Shown here: piece after piece, positions 63,799-64,000 of the stretch
How the letters are laid out: each line of letters begins with the position of its first letter
Position numbering within the stretch: the first letter of the stretch is position 1
Source of the DNA: an uncultured Acidimicrobiales bacterium
Lineage (GTDB): Bacteria > Actinomycetota > Acidimicrobiia > Acidimicrobiales > UBA10347
Assembly: GCA_943788915.1 (NCBI GenBank)
Contig: CALSSD010000010.1
Coordinates: 744,001-808,000, forward strand
Length of the DNA: 64,000 bases
Direction of reading: 5' to 3'
The notes under the pieces: generated by a model
The model's input: the letters and a program-made list of their open reading frames with translations, nothing else
What the model was told of the DNA's origin: nothing
Database searches by the model: none
Program-made: the position numbers and the translations under genes

Positions 63799-63832
63799 TG
63801 GCGGTTCTCGACTGTTCGAGAGCCGCCAGTTT
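63799..63832 (+). terminator. Hairpin after tRNA-Val
   Basis: TGGCGGTTCTCGA-ctgt-TCGAGAGCCGCCA then GTTT. Confidence 0.7.
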
Positions 63833-64000
63833 CGCGATTTGAGGCACGCGGGGCCAAACGGGATTTGTTTGCCGGGTTAAACGTGAGACGCCTGTTATCC
63901 CTCAGCGCCGGATGGTGGCAGAGGTGCGGTCTCAGAGCGTCATCGCCGCTTCTAGCAGTATCTCAGTTACGTCTCTACCCAGGTCGAGGTTCGCTCTACT

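Noticed and set aside
63833..64000. Integrated element after tRNA-Val
   Set aside because: No integrase or att duplicate is visible before the window ends.

Overview
GC-rich bacterial chromosome segment. Gene content and order point to Actinomycetota, probably Acidimicrobiia; this is inferred from tig-clpP-clpX-folC-ndk-mreBCD-mrdA-rodA-radical SAM pair-rne-rplU-rpmA-obg-proB ... nadD-rsfS, a class II DAHP synthase and a DUF222-type HNH element. It holds six tRNA genes (one cut by the window edge), a GntR-controlled glycolate/malate synthase operon, a housekeeping core and two accessory stretches. The features least explained by the ORF track are: (1) a selenoprotein (in-frame UGA in a U-G-S-C motif, with a SECIS-like hairpin 11 nt downstream) coupled to a thioredoxin-fold partner and followed by a 6C-like small RNA candidate; (2) a SoxR-type promoter (19-bp spacer, dyad) driving a type II lumazine synthase; (3) mini-ORFs linked by ATGA/GTGA overlaps in the mre/radical-SAM region; (4) an HNH element carrying both a LexA box and a RecA-NDp/PafBC-type promoter; (5) a tandem of parS-like sites. 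Seven genes carry single extra-base frameshifts that most likely are sequencing or assembly errors. All calls come from reading the sequence by eye; no database search was run.
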